This document shows, in pieces, positions 62,601 to 64,000 of a stretch of DNA of 64,000 nucleotides. Location of the stretch: assembly GCA_963814585.1 (NCBI GenBank), contig CAWFDF010000014.1, positions 1-64,000 on the forward strand. Reading direction: 5' to 3'. This DNA is from an uncultured delta proteobacterium. Its GTDB lineage: Bacteria; Myxococcota; Myxococcia; Myxococcales; Anaeromyxobacteraceae. The first letter of the stretch is position 1; each line of letters starts with the position of its first letter. A program made the translations under genes and the position numbers. The notes beneath the pieces are model-generated. The model did no database searches. It had not been told where the DNA came from and saw nothing but the letters and a program-made list of their open reading frames with translations.

Positions 62601-64000
62601 CGGCCCCAACCTCCGGCTCGCCATCGACCCGCAGAGCGGCAACGAGTACGGCTGGGGCGACGTGCTGGTCTTCGAGCCCTCGGTCGAGGAGGCCGCCAGC
62701 CGGACCCTGCTGCAGGCCCTCTCCGACACCACGCTGGTGCGCGCCTCGGTCTTCCTGCTGGGGCGAGGCGTCCTCCTCTCCCTGGCCGACATCCCGCCCG
62801 GCGGCGCCATGGTCAGCCTGCTGGGGCGGCAGCACGGCAAGGCGGTCTACCGGCTCTCCATCCACACCCGCTCGCGAGAGGTCTTCGACGTGGCCATCAA
62901 CGTGGCCGAGGAGCTCACCTTCGCGCAGCTGCGCGACGAGGTGAACTGGCTGCTGGCGGCCGGGGCGCCGCCCCCCCTGGTGGAGCAGTTCGGCGGCTAC
63001 TTCGGCGAGTGGGGCATCTTCACCGAGGAGTTCATCCCCGGGAACGACGTGGAGCGGCAGGTCGCCCGCCTGCTCCGCCAGTCGGAGGCGAAGCGGCTGG
63101 AGCTGCTCTGGCCCTTCGTGGCCTGCACGGCGCTGGAGCTGCACGTGCGCTTCTGGGATCGGGCCGGCCGCCGGCTGGCCCTGCGCCTGCCCTCCCCCGC
63201 CGCCTTCATCGTCCCGTCGCACGACTACCAGACCGGCGCCCGGCTGGTCTCGATCGCCGACCGCTCGCCCTGCGCCACGCTCGACGAGATGCTCGACCGC
63301 TTCCAGGCCTCCTTCCTCGACCGGGTGGAGGGATCCCTCCCCGAGCTGCGCGGCAAGCTGACGGAGTCGATGCAGCTGGCCGCGGTGGTGGAGGCCCTCG
63401 GCGTCGAGCGCGCCATCCCGGTGCTGGAGGAGGCCGCCACCGGCCAGCGGGCCATCGCCGTCTCCTCCTTCCTCGATCGACTGCGCGCGGAGGGGCCGAC
63501 GCCGCTCCGGCTCTTCTTCGCCGTCCGGCGCTTCAAGCGCTGGCTGGAGGTCAACCCTCGGGCCACGCCCGAGGCGCAGTCCAAGCACCTCGGCGAGCAG
63601 TGGGGTACCTACCGCCTGGGCGAGCTGGAGGCGCAGTGGCCGGACACGCGCATCCGCTTCTTCCGCCAGACGGTCTTCGCCGACGCCCGGCCCGAGCTGG
63701 CGGCCGCGCTGGACCGGCTCATGCACCGGATCCGGTCGCTGCCGGCCGGGGCGCTCGACCTGGCCGAGCAGGTGGCGGCCCTGCGGGCCGCCGTCAAGCC
63801 CACCGAGGTCGAGGACCACGACCTCGCTCGCATGACCTATCGCTATCTCGGGCCGGGCGAGCAGGTGGCGCTCATCTCCATGCCGCACGGCGATCACTAC
63901 ACCGCCGAGGTGGTGGTGGCCCAGTCCGCCAGCGACGGGAGCCGCTACACGCTGCGTGGCCCGGTCTCGCCGCGCGAGGTGGCGCGGCTGCTCCACCTCT
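59683..64000 (+). CDS. Very large multidomain AMP-binding (long-chain acyl-CoA synthetase-like) protein, truncated by window end
   Basis: Open frame from ATG 59683 to the window end (missing from the ORF track because it has no stop); YTSGTTGKPK, YLPLYH, GYGMTE, WFHTGDL, GRKKE. Confidence 0.88.
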   Translation, partial: MVEANPQSPYDSLAARWSAATAPDRLLEDATCEALGSITPGDLAGIEPVVAALVQRLDAEATRSGARRALFALFDGARRRGFTEALTQPQIDPWLGLLLPLVRRIDFTVGELLRSREETDPRVVAIRTLGQDATELTVAEVARRTRSIARGLLAILGDEPETRVALLSENTLEAALCDLACLTNGFVDFPLPANAVAEQVVYMLRHSRAQVLLASDEEQVGKVLPSLAGLPDLKAVVVFDPTCASRNGLLSFEQMVGQGAGFDEPLRAARAARVKATDMATAMYTSGTTGKPKAIVFTHENLVSKRLCRGFALPEVGEGDTFLCYLPLYHTFGRWLELMGTVWWGATYTFARSTAQSSLLEDFRSVKPTVFISVPKKWIELQDAAAWEAAGEDEEETAGHLRVITGTRLRYGLSAAGYLDPGIFKNFHQAGVELCSGYGMTEATGGITMTPPGGYVDGSIGVPLPGIECRRADDGELLIRGIYVSPGYLDGGPEEAGAHDADGWFHTGDLVSVDDGHFRIVGRKKEIYKNRAGQTIAPARVENLFRDFEAIGQAFLVGDHRDYNTLLVWPNYEQQPQLRELSPDQLRDLISSLVASANRFLAPFERVVTFQVLPRALDVEHGELTHKHTFKREVVGESWKDLIDKMYEQKHLALAIDGWFLRIPNWVLREIGALRHEVSLQEGVLRAGDRALAVGPDVAALGSFLLGDLAYASEGTVIDLGVVLSRPALWLGNEAMRRFLGDEAFLALAAKRRKGGAEYRIDPRNWHGPPPERQPGLLDQVDRTEVSLLSIHAAAELLRAERPEARRAIGHLQRGLTAASPEQARLSRALLRRAADAPDEDVRRRAFRVLLPNEDPALTLETLRAFLDRMEAMALRDEDLADLGERGLSDAQVLRLLEHLASDRANGPLTDASDQKLLIGVMRLLTATAIAHPGYFARVRVPLARLTLHEDASISARAGEELDRLRRGFSNWIGPNLRLAIDPQSGNEYGWGDVLVFEPSVEEAASRTLLQALSDTTLVRASVFLLGRGVLLSLADIPPGGAMVSLLGRQHGKAVYRLSIHTRSREVFDVAINVAEELTFAQLRDEVNWLLAAGAPPPLVEQFGGYFGEWGIFTEEFIPGNDVERQVARLLRQSEAKRLELLWPFVACTALELHVRFWDRAGRRLALRLPSPAAFIVPSHDYQTGARLVSIADRSPCATLDEMLDRFQASFLDRVEGSLPELRGKLTESMQLAAVVEALGVERAIPVLEEAATGQRAIAVSSFLDRLRAEGPTPLRLFFAVRRFKRWLEVNPRATPEAQSKHLGEQWGTYRLGELEAQWPDTRIRFFRQTVFADARPELAAALDRLMHRIRSLPAGALDLAEQVAALRAAVKPTEVEDHDLARMTYRYLGPGEQVALISMPHGDHYTAEVVVAQSASDGSRYTLRGPVSPREVARLLHL

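Noticed and set aside
59563..63996. 1477-aa minus-strand ORF
   Set aside because: Antisense mirror of the real plus-strand AMP-binding gene; no recognisable motifs.

Overview
Very GC-rich bacterial chromosome segment; gene content and order point to a myxobacterium of the Anaeromyxobacter type (inference). 1-36 kb is mostly housekeeping on the minus strand (Hsp70 paralog, UvrD/PcrA helicase, lapB-like, HIT, sppA, rpsA, ispH, cmk, hisC, accA, miaA, hisS, psd; tsaE, nnr, acpS, pdxJ, glmM, folP, ftsH, tilS). It is interrupted by a CarH/LitR-like B12-binding regulator divergent from a cfa/furan-fatty-acid-type operon. 36-45 kb holds a candidate C-rich-loop sRNA with its own promoter and terminator, HU, part of the lysine fermentation pathway (kamD, kamE, kal, kce) and cca. 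45-64 kb is accessory and the most interesting part. (i) ECF sigma + Ser/Thr kinase + 63-aa putative precursor + graspetide-type ATP-grasp ligase, with a duplicated ECF-like promoter motif. (ii) After tRNA-Arg(CCT), a signalling operon with Roadblock/MglB-like domains, DUF4388, a kinase-AAA fusion and two paralogous Cache-like sensors lacking any output domain. (iii) A >1430-aa acyl-CoA synthetase fused to a probable pseudokinase and possibly a GNAT domain, running off the window. Many genes, including essential ones, carry single-base frameshifts that look like sequencing errors. No CRISPR, rRNA, integrase or transposase was seen. All family calls come from motif recognition by eye; no database search was run.
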